DNA of 64,000 nucleotides, taken from assembly GCF_006345805.1 (NCBI RefSeq), contig NW_021833458.1, positions 10,371-74,370 on the forward strand, written 5' to 3'. This document shows, piece after piece, positions 1-14,034 of the stretch. A model generated the notes under the pieces. That model saw only the letters and a list, made by a program, of their open reading frames with translations, was not told the DNA's origin and made no database searches. The translations under genes and the position numbers were made by a program. The stretch's first letter is position 1; the number at the start of each line of letters is the position of its first letter. The DNA comes from Octopus sinensis (Eukaryota).

Positions 1-766
1 CGTCTACATCACATGACAAATATATGCGACCACAATGAGTAATCTATGAGGTGGGACTTTCTCTTAGAAATAGCAGCCAGATGTCGATTTTCTTTACCAA
101 TTTTTTTTCGATCATACCACTAACGAATTCAATGAAATAAGATCAAGGATAAAAAAAAAATTATCGTCAGCTCTCGGTACAAAAGAAAATGAGATGGATG
201 GTCACAAATGGAACGATCAGGAGTCACTAGGTGCTAAGCAAAGACGACAATTATGCTCTCAGATTTTAAAACGATAAAAACCAATAAATAATACAAAGTT
301 CATAAAAAAAAAGATACATGGTGGCACAAAATGTAGAAAAAAATGCACAGAAAAATTATCAACGTATATACAAAAGCAAAACAATATATGAAATCACTTT
401 TTAATCAAGTCCAACAACCTTAAGAAATAAATTTCATTAAAAAAAATGCTGAATTGAATTAAATATTATTTGGCGTATTATATATGTGAGAAGGTTTACG
501 TTCTTCCTTCTATAATCACAAAATATAATTATAAAAAGGATTCCTGTATTTTTCTTATTTATTTTTCGATTTATTTATTTCTTGCTCATGTTATTTAGTT
601 ACAGTAATCTTCACACGACCTGGTTTGTTATTTTCTTGTAAAAAAAACTGGCGAGTTTTGCAAATATATTGATTTCTATATTTAATGAGCTGAAGCCTCT
701 GCAGACAAATGAAGAAACCAAAAATAGAGCACTTTTGTATACATACATACATAATACATACATACA

Positions 767-1145
<379 letters not shown>

Positions 1146-1199
1146 TATATATATATATATATTTATATATATGTGCGGGGGTTTGTATGTGTGTATCTT

Positions 1200-1542
1200 G
1201 CTCTCCAATCACATGGTTGCGGTTTCAATCCCACTGAGTGGCACCTTGAGCAAGTGTCTTCTACTATAGCCACGAGAAGACAAAAGACTTGTGAATGAAT
1301 TAGGTAGACAGAAACTGAAAAAAGCTCATCGTATATACATGTATATCGTCATGATTGATCCCTAGCCACTACACATTCTTTATTTTCTCTCCTTGTTTCT
1401 TTCTCTGTTACTTTCTGTTGAAGAGCGTAGGTTCGAAATGTTAAAGACATTTTTCACTTCCCGAGCGTTATACTAATACATCTGTTGTCTACACCACGTG
1501 TCTTCTTTTTAATTCTCTACATATATATATATATATGTGTGT

Positions 1543-1579
<37 letters not shown>

Positions 1580-1810
1580 TCCTGTGTGTGTTTGTATGTG
1601 TTTGTCTGTCCCCCACACCGCCATCGCTTGGTAACTGATGTTGATGCTTTTACGTTTCTTTAACTTAGATGTTGTTAAAAGAAACCGATAAAATATGTAC
1701 TGATATTACAAAGAATGAGTCCTCACGTTGATTTCTTCGACTAAAGGTGGCGCTCCAGCATGCCGTAGTCAAATGTCTGAAAAAATGTAAAAACGAAAGG
1801 AATAAAAGAA
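1200..1810 (+). mobile_element. SINE family A (tRNA head, CORE-like domain, internal microsatellite), interrupted by a Penelope-like repeat at about 1346-1520
   Basis: cccactgagtggcaccttgagcaagtgtcttctactatagc core; tail ggtggcgctccagcatg..gtcaaatgtctgaaa. Confidence 0.8.
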
Positions 1811-1879
1811 TATATGTGTGTGTATATATATAAATGTGCATTAAGTATATAATATGTATATATATATATATATATATAG

Positions 1880-1912
<33 letters not shown>

Positions 1913-2443
1913 TATATATAGATATATATATATATATTATAATATATATATGTATATGTACTAGTGCCCCTTATATTAGAAAATAGTCTTTTACGATAAA
2001 ATGGTGGACCAGGTCAGTTTGAGCTTCCCTACTACTATAATGTAAACTTTTTTGAACTCATAATGTTCTGTAGTTGTATGTATATACAGATACAATACCA
2101 ATATTCCACTGAACGTTTTAATAATTCCTTCTGAAAACTATCTTTAACATTTTCTTGAGAATGTAATAAATATATGTTATAATCTTTTGTGCCCAATATT
2201 TTAATGAACTTGTTAAACTTTTTTATGTCCTTAACATGTTCTTGTTGCCAAAGACTGTATATGTGTAATTTAGCATTTTGTAACAACCAATAATTAACGC
2301 AACCAAACTTTTACATGTTACTTTTGACAATCTTTTTCCAAAGAGTGAAACCGGTAAAGTAAATAAACATCTTTTAAAATTGCATTTTTAAACCTTCTTT
2401 CATATATAATTCCTCTCGTGCGGTACCTTACAAATCCACTTTG

Positions 2444-2516
<73 letters not shown>

Positions 2517-2521
2517 TATAC

Positions 2522-2592
<71 letters not shown>

Positions 2593-3385
2593 ATACATAT
2601 GTATATATGTATGTATGAGTATGTATGTATGTATGTATGTATGTATGTATGTATGCATGCATGTATGTATGTGTGTCTGTATGTGTGTATGTATGTGTGT
2701 GTATTGTGTGTACATAGACACATATAGACAAACGTACATGCATCCATGGATACACGTACACATATGTGTATGCATAGCCTAATGTATATATGTGCACTCT
2801 CGTAAGAACACATGTGCGAGTGAGTTCGTTAGACGTTTGGTATTGTGTAATATTTAACTCCGATATTATAATTATCGTCTCATTGTTTTATTTGATGGTG
2901 ATGTCGTTGTATAGCATTGATATTAGTGATGCATATTTTTTTTAATATTCTTTTGGGTTGTCGCCGTTTGAATTGGCGTCGTTGGAGTCGTTCTTTTACA
3001 AGTTAAGGCATTAATACAAAGTGTTATATAACTACGTGCTTTGTCTGCAAAACTGCATTTGAACTGCATGAGATTTTAAGAATGTTCTGTACGTCTTGCT
3101 TCTTTCATTTTAACCGTTTGTCTAGTTCTTTCTTAAGAGTAATGTTGTTCTGATTCTTGTTGTTGTTGCTGCCGCTGCTGTTGTTGTTTTTGTTGTCGGT
3201 TATTTCCATTATTTTATACAACAATTGTATTTTAAATCTAATTTCTCACTTTGGAGAATATGGGTGCTTAGCAAGTTTCATGATTCTATAACACATGAAT
3301 TATTCACTGACTCGCACATATATATACATAAACACGTAGGTATACATGCAATTGTATATACTTCGACACATACACTATAAAGTAG

Positions 3386-3418
<33 letters not shown>

Positions 3419-3601
3419 CATAATATATATATATATATGTGTGTGTGTGTGCATGTGTGTGTGTATGTGTGTCTGTGTGCGTATATGTATATACATATCC
3501 GTATTTATATATATCCACACACACTCACTCATGCATATGTCTACACTAAAGAATGCTTACGAAATCTAATCATTCACACACATATGTATATACATATATA
3601 C

Positions 3602-3675
<74 letters not shown>

Positions 3676-4289
3676 ATGTATATAAATATATATATACATG
3701 TGCTGTGCGTGAATATGTATATGTGCATGTATGTCTGTGTATACATGTGTGTGTATATATGTATGTATATAAGTATATACATATATTTATATGTATTAGT
3801 AACTACAACACTCACAAAATAATCAATTAGCATGCATCTTTCTACGAATAAACACATATATTCGTAAATACATACATACATACATACATATGTACACACA
3901 TGCATGAAGACAAACATTGCCCTGCTTCAACCTACAAAGTTTGACGCTGTCAACGTCTGTTATAAATCATTTCAGAACTTTCACTAACTTCATAAAATTA
4001 ATGATATGGTTAGATGTAAAAACAATGCGTTCATAGTTCACCATGTAATATAAGCAAACTTTACTCTACATGTAAATATATAAATACATACATAAATGGA
4101 TATGGATACACGTATACATGCATACATACATACATACATACATACATACATACATACATACATACATACATACATACATACATACATACATCCATACGTG
4201 GATACACGCATTTATTTGTATATATATGAATGCATACGCATATAAGTGTATGTGTGTTTGTAAACATTATATACACATATATATATATA

Positions 4290-4521
4290 ATATTTCTTTA
4301 CTACCCACAAGGGGTTAAACACAGAGGGGACAAAGAAGGACAGACAAATAGATTAAGTCGATTACATCGACCCCAGCGCGTAACTGGTACTTAATTTATC
4401 GACCCCGAAAGGATGAAAGGCAAAGTCGACCTCGGCGGAATTTGATCTCGGAACGTAACGACAGACGAAATACGGCTACGCATTTCGCCCGGCGTGCTAA
4501 CGTTTCTACCAGCTCGCCGCC
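4290..4521 (-). mobile_element. SINE family B (tRNA-derived; central gcctttcatcctttcggggtcgataaattaagtacc, resembling the MetaSINE domain as I recall it)
   Basis: Full head ggcggcgagctgg..gttagcacgccgggcgaaatgc to tail cccttgtgggtagtaaagaaata; many near-identical copies in the window. Confidence 0.85.
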
Positions 4522-4720
4522 TATATACACATATATATATATAATTGCACATATATCTATCCTCTTCTCTCTTAGACAGAGGAAGAGACTGGAGGAGGGA
4601 AATGAGAATATTGGCGAGATACACAGACATACAGCGACAGACATATGTGCATGTTATATATATATATGTGTGTGAGTGTGTGTGCGTGTATTTATGAGTG
4701 AGAGAAAGAGAGAGAGACAC

Positions 4721-4787
<67 letters not shown>

Positions 4788-4914
4788 CATCTACAAAAGA
4801 AAATGCTGCGCTTAATTATTTGTAAACGGGAATGCTGGAGTCAGTATAAAGCACAACCGCCATCGTGATCATCATTCATTTTATTATTATTATTATTATT
4901 ATTATTATATTATT

Positions 4915-4947
<33 letters not shown>

Positions 4948-5349
4948 ATTAGATTTTACTTTATGCTCATGTGTGAAAATAGGGTTTTAACCTCAGTGGG
5001 TGTAAGTGATTTTTTTTTCCAATTATCTTTAGTCTTTATAAATCTGATAAGTAAAGTTTGAGCATTTTCTATTTTGTTTTCTTTACGTTCAGTTTATCTT
5101 TCTTCATGTCTGAAATAATCCAATCAATGTTTCCATTGTTAAAAGATATCAGCTAAATGTCTTCCCTTTAAAATTTGCTATTTATTTGTCTTATTGAATT
5201 AAAATATTTGAAGTCATTTATACATATATTTATTTATTTATTTATTTTGCTCCTTCCGTTTCAGGGTTATTATTTTTCATTAAATTGAATTCTCGACGAC
5301 ACTTTGTATAATTATTTTCATTTTACAATCATAAAACTCTATTATAGTT

Positions 5350-7440
5350 TAAGAGTGAACAAAACAAAAGATACCGCCCTCTATTGATGTGACAAAACGC
5401 TTAAGCATATCTTCTTTGAAATAGTTCATATTCCTAAAGAAAATTTCTCGTTTAAACTTCGTTAAAATATTTCGTGAAATATTTCAGCGACTACAAACGC
5501 GTTTTATTGGCAGAACTTGTAGCTTGTTGGAAAAAATGCATCGAGGTATTTGCTTCCGTTCTTTACATTCAGATTTCAAATCCCGCCTTTATCAACTTTT
5601 CTCTTCAGCCTTTCAAAGGGCGGTAAAATGTGACACAAGTAATGTGCTGAGATCAGTTTTATCAACTCGCCTTTCCCCCAAAATGTCTGACCTTGTTCAT
5701 ATGTCAGAAAATATCGGTGCAACGGTGAAATGTTTCACGCGTTGGAGGGAATACTTCTCCGGTTTTTGCTTCGGTTTCTGCATTTCGAGTACTAATACCA
5801 GAGACGCTTGCTCTGTCTTCCGTCATTTATTAAAACGAAAACATAGTCGGCAAATACTAGCGTCGAAATTTCAATCTACATTGAGAAATTTGGGGATTAT
5901 CTTAAAATGTTGGGGATAAGTAATAAGCGCAAGGTCAGCAATTTTAGGAGATGTGGTTAATGGATGCCATCACCCGAATTTTAGCGACCTGAAATGATAA
6001 AATACAAGGATAACCTCGACGGGATATGATTTTATGACATGAAGACTCGCAAGGAATACGACAATCCAATTTGTCCAATGCTTTCCCGTTTCGGCCAGCT
6101 TGTATAATTTGGGGGATACATTAATTCTTTCCAGATTTTTAATGGGTCATATTAAATTTGGCAGAAGGCTAGCAACTTTTTAAGGATGAGGAAAGGTGAT
6201 TTGATCAACTCCAGTGCACAGGTGGTAAGTATTTCATTAAACCCGAAACGACTGAAAGGCAACGGTCATCGTTGGTGGTAATTGAAATCTGAAAACTTAA
6301 AGGACGGAATAAAAGAGAAGACAGTAAGAGAAGGGGGAGAAGAAGAAGAAGGAGGAGGAGGAAAAGAAGAAGAAGAAGACGAAGAAAAAGATGAAGAAGG
6401 AGTAGAAGACAAGAAGAAAAAGAAAAAAGAAAAGAAGACAAGAAAAAGAAAAAGAAGAAAGAAAAGAAGACAAGAAGAAGAAAAAGAACAAAAAGAACAA
6501 AAGGAAGACGAAGAAGGGCAGGAGGAGAAGGAGGAAGAAAAGAAAAAGAAAACGACGGCGAAGCAGAAGAAGAAGAAAAAGAAGAAAAAGAAGAAGAAGA
6601 AGAAAAAGAAGAAGAAGAAGAAGAAGAAAAAGAAGAAGAAGAAGAAGAAGAAGAAGAAAAAGAAGAAGAAGAAGAAGAAAAAGAAGAAGAAGAAGAAGAA
6701 GAAGAAGAAGAAGAAGAAGAAGAAGAAGAAGAAGAAGAAGAAGAAGAAATAGGAAGGCCAAAGTTTTTCTGGTGCAATCTTGTTCCTGTTGCCAGATCAT
6801 AATCGTGTAACGTTCACTTTCTGTTCCTTTGCATGGTGATTTTTGCCTTTGTTCTGTTGTGGATTTGCGTATCTGAAAACCGCTGAAAGGTAAAATTCAT
6901 AGAGTCTAGAGAGTTTTAAAATAGCACATGTATTACAGTTGGGTACAGAAAGCTTTGCAAGGGTGAAGGATGGTTCCCTCTCTTCATCACTGTCACACTT
7001 TGAGTAAAAGTAATTATTGTGTAGGATAACTACAGCTATGCCTTTTTATACGGAAGTGTGTAGTTGTCAAAACAGACCCATGTGTCCCACCAAACATTGG
7101 TGCCATATGGTTTAAAGTGAACATTATCAGAAAGTCTATTGATGAAAATGAGGTCATTGCGGCACAGATGGATTGGTTTTAACATAACCGAAACCGTGGG
7201 AACCCAAGAGGTCATCGTTTCAACAAATGTTGGTATACTATTGCATTTCAGTCAAAGAAAGCTCTTTCTGTTCATACTACGACGTTGTGATATGTAATAT
7301 GGGGCAACAGATACAAATTTCAGCATTTACGAATCATAGATGGGTGGCTTTTACAGGAAATCTGTGCGTAAACATGATTGAAAACATTGTTATTTTCGGA
7401 GCAGCAACACAGTTTTTAATAAAGTTCTTGAGGACAAAAT
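5350..7440 (-). pseudogene. Heavily decayed L1/Tx1-like LINE remnant split by an (AAG)n expansion
   Basis: Minus-strand pieces across frameshifts: KGIAVVIL (APE-like), KALDKLD, LSPTF, VFADYV (FADD-like), FWGKG..KGGI, in the expected APE-RT order. Confidence 0.4.
6338..6748. repeat. (AAG)n / A-G-rich microsatellite
   Basis: Long gaa run; explains the poly-K, poly-S and poly-L ORFs. Confidence 0.95.
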
Positions 7441-7462
7441 AGAAATGTGTGACTCAAACATA

Positions 7463-7810
7463 TATTCTTATATTCTTTTATCTGTTTCAGTCATTTGACT
7501 GCCGCCATGCTGGAACACTGCCTTGAAGGGTTTTATTTGAACAAATCGACCCCATTACTAATTTTTGATGTCTAATACTTATCCTATCGTTTTCTTTTAT
7601 CGAACCACTGAGTTACCGGGACATAAACACACCAACATCAGTTGTCAAGCAATGGTAGCGGGGAGGACAAATACAGACACAAAAATATATACATATATAT
7701 ACGACGGGCTTCTTTCAGTGTCTCTCTACAAAATCCACTGCAACGCTTTGGTCGGCCCGAGACTATAGCAGACGACAGTCACCCAAGGTGCCATGCAGTG
7801 GGACTAAATG
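7463..7810 (-). mobile_element. SINE family A copy
   Basis: tttcagtcatttgactg tail through ccaaggtgccatgcagtgggact core. Confidence 0.85.
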
Positions 7811-8710
7811 TTCTTACTACATCGCCACGACCATTTTTCTTCGCTTCATGGTCTTGCATTTTACCGATTTTGGTTACTTTTATACAGTGAGGGCAGACAG
7901 TTTTCTGCACAAAAACAGGCTATGTTTTAGTCTCATTCGTCCTAAATTCTATTACTTGAATTAATTTAGTTCTTCATCTCTGTTTTAATTCCCATATCCT
8001 ATCAATCTTTTTTAATGAGAATACCGAGTTTTTTTTCTTATTTCAATGTTAAAATATCTGCTATTTTCTAGTCCACGAAGGTGACAGATCCTCCAACGTA
8101 TCTGACTTTTACAAACATATTTTCAGTACCTTTCATTCTATTTTATTTTTCATTTTCTTATGGAAATGACTATATATACTCTGCTGCTGAGAAAACGAAG
8201 CAATAACAATTATTAACATGTGAAAACCATTTGGACGTTGAGACAGAATGTTTTTGCCTGAGTTTAAATCATGTAGCTTGTTCCCAAACATTAATCTGAT
8301 ACTTAAGATATTAATGGCTGAAAGTTGTTCAAATATTTCCAGAAGAAAACAATGAAATATTTATATAATTTCACTTTAAGATATGTCACAATAGCAAAAC
8401 TGGGCGTTGAAGACAACTTAGAGTTTGTAAACTACTTAACATATATTAGGAATCAATATTTTATCACTTCATCATTTGATTGTCATGGAAATATGCTAAA
8501 TAAACCCTGTTTTTCCCCCATAAAAACCAAACTATTCTGAGCGGAATGTATATGAAAATTTCATTAAATTTGGGTGTTGTTTTTAGAAAAATAGAAAACT
8601 CTGGAATTTCTTCTTTATTTTTGTAAGTCACCGTAGATATTATCGCATTACGAGTGACAAATCTGCTCGTACTGCTGCTGCTGCTGCTGCTGCTGCTACT
8701 ACTACTACTA

Positions 8711-8743
<33 letters not shown>

Positions 8744-8744
8744 A

Positions 8745-8793
<49 letters not shown>

Positions 8794-8991
8794 AGTGTAG
8801 CCACTATAGCGGTAATAATGGCTTGTATTCTTAGGCACGGGGCCAACAATTTTGAGGGATGTAAGTAAGTCATGACAACTGAGTCAAGTAGTTATCTGGT
8901 ACATTATTCTATTGACAGCGAGAGGTTAAAAGGAAAAGTTGAAATCGGTGCTATCCGACTGGCCTGCAATTTCAATTGCACATCACCTTAC

Positions 8992-9037
<46 letters not shown>

Positions 9038-9061
9038 TAATAATAATAACAATAAATAATG

Positions 9062-9092
<31 letters not shown>

Positions 9093-9644
9093 GCCCTGAT
9101 GCAGTACCAGGCAGTGGCTCTCATGGCTTCTGATCTTAACTGATTGGAAGTGTTATCATGTACGTTGTTTTGTCTTTGTATAAAAGATGGGCTACAGCAA
9201 ACATTCTGCTCAATACCACAGATTTGCTTGTCAGTTGTTTGACCTTAACCAGTTGAGCATGTCCCTTAGTGGCTGACGATATGTGCATCTCTGATCACGA
9301 GCAGAAGTAGTGGGGGAGCATCATAGCCATGTGTTGAGAGGGATTCTTGGGGTTTGAATAGTTCACCTCTGGAATATGGGTGGTTCTTTCAACATCCTTA
9401 AACAACCCTTATTCAGGGACCGTTTGAGCGGGATGGGCTACTCAACCTGAAGAAAATTCTAACTGGGCCCCACCTGCAAGGTCATGTGCTGTTTATCTTG
9501 ATATGAGATCACCATGTCGCGCACATATGGTTGTGATGCATGTGCCTGGTGTACCTTTATCAGACGGGTAGTCATGATGGGTATATTGGGCTTCGTATAT
9601 TTTACCCCAGTGTCACTTTGATGGCATGAACTGCTCTCTCACTC
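9093..9644 (+). mobile_element. ~550-bp non-coding element embedded in (AAT)n
   Basis: Flanked by (AAT)n on both sides; second broken copy at 9673-9760 plus 9971-10178. Confidence 0.75.
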
Positions 9645-9764
9645 AATAATAATAATAATAATAATATTAAATGCCCTCACGATGTACCAGACTGGCTCTC
9701 GTGGCTCCTGATCTTAACTGATTGGAAATGTTATCATGTACAGTTTTGTCTTGGTATATAATAA

Positions 9765-9797
<33 letters not shown>

Positions 9798-10179
9798 AAC
9801 AACAACAATAATAATAATAATGATAATGATGATGATGATAATAATAATAATATTAATATAATTAATAATAATATAATAATATAATAATATAATAATAATA
9901 TAATAAATATAATAATAATAAGAAGAAGAAGAAGAAGAAGAAGAAGAAAGAAGAAGAAGAAGAAAAAGAATTCAAGAACCTTTTGGGCGGGATAGGTTTC
10001 TCAATCTAAAGAAAATTCTAACTGGGCATCACCAGCAAGGTCATGAGACCACCGTGTCGTGCACAAGTCGTTGTTATGCATGTGCCTGGTTACCATTACC
10101 AGATGGGTAGCTAAGATGAGTATACCGGGCTTTGTATATGTTACCCCTAGTGTCATTTTCATGACGTGAAATGCCATCA

Positions 10180-10212
<33 letters not shown>

Positions 10213-10214
<2 letters not shown>

Positions 10215-10767
10215 TAATAGCTTCATCTGTAATAGAGTGCATGAAACCATTGCCCACTATCACAAACAAATGTCCAACGCTTGCCCCAAACCACTGAAAG
10301 TTGTGGAGACAGGAACACATAGCGAAAGGCTACATTGGAAACTGTGTGAAAAGTTGGGATTAGAGTGAGGCAAGACGTGGTATGAGCAAAACCCACAATG
10401 AGTGGCGGAGTTGGAGACTATAAAAATCCTCTGGGATTTCCCAATCCACACAAATCAGGTGCTAGAGCACAACAGACCCGACCTAGTGGCGGTGGACAAG
10501 GTGCAACATATATGCTATATAGTTGATATTGCATGCCTCTTTGAGTAACAAATCTTCAAGAAGGAAGGCAATAAATAGATAAATACAACCCTTTTCAGTA
10601 CGAAATAGCCAGCCCTGCTATGGAAAATAAAACTGGTGAAAATAGTGCCAATTATTGTTGGGTCCTTGGGGACAGTATCAGAAGGCATCAAGAGGAATAT
10701 CAAGGAAACTGTTGCAAAAGGTTTGCCTCCTTGGCATGGCCAGAATAATCTGGAAAGCATTAGATAG
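10213..10767 (+). pseudogene. R4/Dong-clade LINE 3' fragment (Zn knuckle plus restriction-like endonuclease)
   Basis: HETIAH..HWKLC..ILWDFPIHTNQVLEHNRPDLVAVDK..IVDIA..LGMARIIWKALD*, with stops and frameshifts. Confidence 0.85.
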
Positions 10768-10774
10768 CAGAAAA

Positions 10775-11511
10775 GAACGAATAGTGTTATCATGTATATT
10801 GTTTTAGCTTGATCTTATACTGCTACAAACAAACTTCCTGTCTCCCTGTTCATCCTTCCTTCCTTTCTGCAACCTTAAGCATGTCTTACTATTACTCTTT
10901 GCTGCATCTTTTGGAACCTAGCTGCAAAGCCTTCTCCTGCCAGTCAGATAACTTTTGTTCTTCTTTTCTGGTTTTTAACTTCGTTTGGTGTTTTTTGGTT
11001 TTCCTAAGTCTTGCTGTGACTCTATCAGCTCTTAATTTACTTCCTTCACTATTACATACATAAGAGCCTATATTTATTCAAGCTAACTCCACGCAGTCTT
11101 CTGCTAATATTTAACCTCTTCCACCTTCCTTCCTAGGTAAGTATAGTCTTGCTACTCCTGTCTTTGGGCGGAGTCCTCCATTCATATTGAATTCCTTCTT
11201 AGTTCTTCTCTCTAGCTTTGCTAATTCAGGTTTGTCCAATATTCAAAAGCTGCTGAGTATCTAAGTAAGGATACCACCCAAGTATTTACAGCCTTCACTA
11301 GATTCGGACTATTTAGCTTTGACTTCATGTGCTTCCTCACCCTTTTGATATACTCTTCAATTTTCGTTTTCGTGTCTATAGTTAGTACTCTGTCAGATTC
11401 TAATACTTCCAGATGCTTATAAATCTCTCCTTCTTTCAGTGATTATAATGTCTGGTCATCTGGTAACTGGATACCTTCGCTGTCGACTATTTGTCCACTT
11501 TTCCGGACAGA
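10775..11511 (-). pseudogene. R4/Dong-clade LINE RT C-terminal/thumb fragment
   Basis: SEGIQLPD..YKHLEVL..NLVKAVNTWVVSLLRYSA..VARLYLPRKEGGRG..WQEKAL..ETGSLFVAV*DQA. Confidence 0.85.
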
Positions 11512-11966
11512 TATTGCTCACTAATCTATTCGCGAGTCAAATAGTCTCGTTAAATCCTTTACCGTTCATTTCATCGTCAGTTCTGTTCGTCATCGGTTTG
11601 TCGTCAGTACTCAAACCAGACTGTCATTCAAATATCTCATTTTGTATATTCTGGTTTCAATTCCTAGTATTTGTTTCGGCATCGGTTCAAATTGCATGCC
11701 TGAAAATTGCACAGTTCCTTAATTCAGGAAGACGGGTAAGTGTTGAATCACTACAATGATAGGTTGTTTCAGGCAGCATTTCGCTAACATACAAAGCATA
11801 ACTATATCAACATGTAAAGTAAATGAATTAATATATTACGTAAAAGAAAGGTGTACGTAACGTAAAAATAATGAATATGTAACGTAAAGAAATTGCTACG
11901 TAATGTAAAGAAATAAATTATGTCCCATACAGGAAATAAATTTCAGAGATAAAATATAAAATAAAT

Positions 11967-12207
11967 GTGCCCTTTTTTAAAGCCTAGCCAGGCTTATGGG
12001 CCCGGTTTCCATGGCGTATGTGTTCCTGAGATTGGATGGGACGCCATTCCATCGCAGTGTTACTAATTTTTGCCAGCTGAGTGGACTGGAGCAACGTAAA
12101 ACGAAGTGTTTTGCTGAAGAAAACAACGCGTCGCCCGGTCCAGGAATTGAAACCACACTCTTACGATCCTGATGCCGACACCCTAACCACTAAGCCACTC
12201 GCCTCCA
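11967..12207 (-). mobile_element. SINE family C (tRNA head; tail ggaaaccgggcccataagcctggctaggctttaaaa)
   Basis: A/B-box-like head tggcttagtgg..gtttcaattcc; related copies at 17365-17430, 54276-54575, 59545-59790. Confidence 0.75.
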
Positions 12208-13310
12208 CAAATTCCAGAGATATAACGAAGATAACAATGAGAATATCTTGTATAACTGTCGAGGAAGTGAGCGGTTGCACTGTAGTAGGTAGACATCTAA
12301 GGAAGTTATTCCGCAATGAGATTTGAACTCGTCTTTTTGCGTTACGGATTTCTTATCAACACGGCTATGACTATGTATTTTAAAGTTTATTCATTTCGGA
12401 AAGAAAGTAATATTAAAAGACCATTTGCATATCAACAACTTGCTATTCCAGACATTCGTCTTAACTATAAATCGCTAATAGATTTCCTGGAATAACTCGA
12501 TATCACGTTTCAAGTAAACATATATATGTTATTGAGATATTATAGTCGACGTTGTATCCATGTTATTAATATTGTTCTTATTGTTAGCTTGTAGAATCTA
12601 CTCATGTTTTCATATTTTTCAATTTATTATATTGCTTTTTTTTTCATTCTTTTTTTTAACATTTTATATTCATTAAAATCATTTTCTTGATCAAAGTGCT
12701 TTTCCAAAAAAATTTAAATAATTAAATAATGAAGGGATGATTAAAACGGTTTCAATATAAAGTTGAAGAGACTCTTAACATTTAAACCATTAATTTCAAT
12801 GAATTAGACTAATCAGTGAATTTAATCTGCTAATTATTACTGTTATTTTTCTTGATATTATGTAAAAGCATATTGTTTAGATGCAGTAGTTATACGATAT
12901 ATATTTTATCTCATATATATGTTTGTACATATATGCATGCGGGCGTACAAACGCACACATATGCATGTATATGTGTTATGTGTATATGTGCAAACACAGT
13001 CTCTTTCTGAGACGCTCGCTCTTTTTCTCTTTCATTGCTACATACATAGATATATACAGGCAAAAACATGAACTGTTACGCACGTTTATGTATACTTCCA
13101 TATCATGTGAAGTAGTTATCACATTAATTACTGTGAAACAAAGAATTGGACGCAGGAAGCAATGAGAGAAATATTTCCTATTTAATAGCAACATCTTGGA
13201 ATCTTAATGTGTTTTCCGTGTATCATTTTGAAAAGATGTTGGTTTTCGAACACCACGACAGACATACAAACACACACATACATACAGATACATATATGCA
13301 TATATAAATA

Positions 13311-13402
<92 letters not shown>

Positions 13403-13483
13403 ATATTATATATATATATATATTATATACTATATATTGCATGTTTTTATATTCAAGGGCTCCCTGTGATTTTTCTTTCAAAG

Positions 13484-13586
13484 AACGTCTAAAATACATC
13501 GAAACCTCGATATCCGCTTATTATTTGCCATTGACAAATTCCATAAAAGATCGCATTCAGGCAGAATACGATTTTACTCTGCTTCT
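13484..13586 (+). CDS. Candidate internal exon, unidentified protein (RLKYIETSISAYYLPLTNSIKDRIQAEYDFTLL)
   Basis: T-rich tract with AAG acceptor, TCT|GTAAGC donor, open frame phase 1 to phase 2, compatible with 14035-14145. Confidence 0.35.
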
Positions 13587-14034
13587 GTAAGCAGGTCTTC
13601 ATCGACCTCATAAGTAACATTTGCATGCTTTCATACACACAGAAAGACGGTTTACTACTTCATTATGCAAATATATCTGGAAATTGAAAAAGAAGAATAT
13701 TACTAAATATAAAACGATATACACATATATTCCACATGCAAAATCAAGTGACGTTCTTTATCTTCAGTACCTTGCGTACTAAAAAGCCCCATTAGCAATG
13801 AAATTTTCCCTTCGATCAACATTTATTTCTGAATAAATGATTTTTTAAAATATACAGCTGTATCCAACTGTATGGCTAATCGACAAAAGACAGTAACAAA
13901 AGACAATGTTAGTTGAAAATTCATCACTAAACATCATTGGTAGGCCGGCACAGATACATCGATTCTAATCCTTTGTTCAAAACTAAAATAAAATCTGTAA
14001 TGTTATGTTACTCTCTTCTGCAATACATAAGTAG

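Noticed and set aside
2200-2300. LTCSCCQRLY as a GIY-YIG remnant of a Penelope ORF
   Set aside because: Too short and degenerate to distinguish from chance.
6205-6800. Poly-K, poly-S and poly-L ORFs of 156-190 aa
   Set aside because: Open only because of the (AAG)n tract.
11668-11735. Candidate exon with CTAG acceptor and CGG|GTAAGT donor
   Set aside because: The only open frame ends in phase 0, incompatible with the next candidate (phase 1); no other support.
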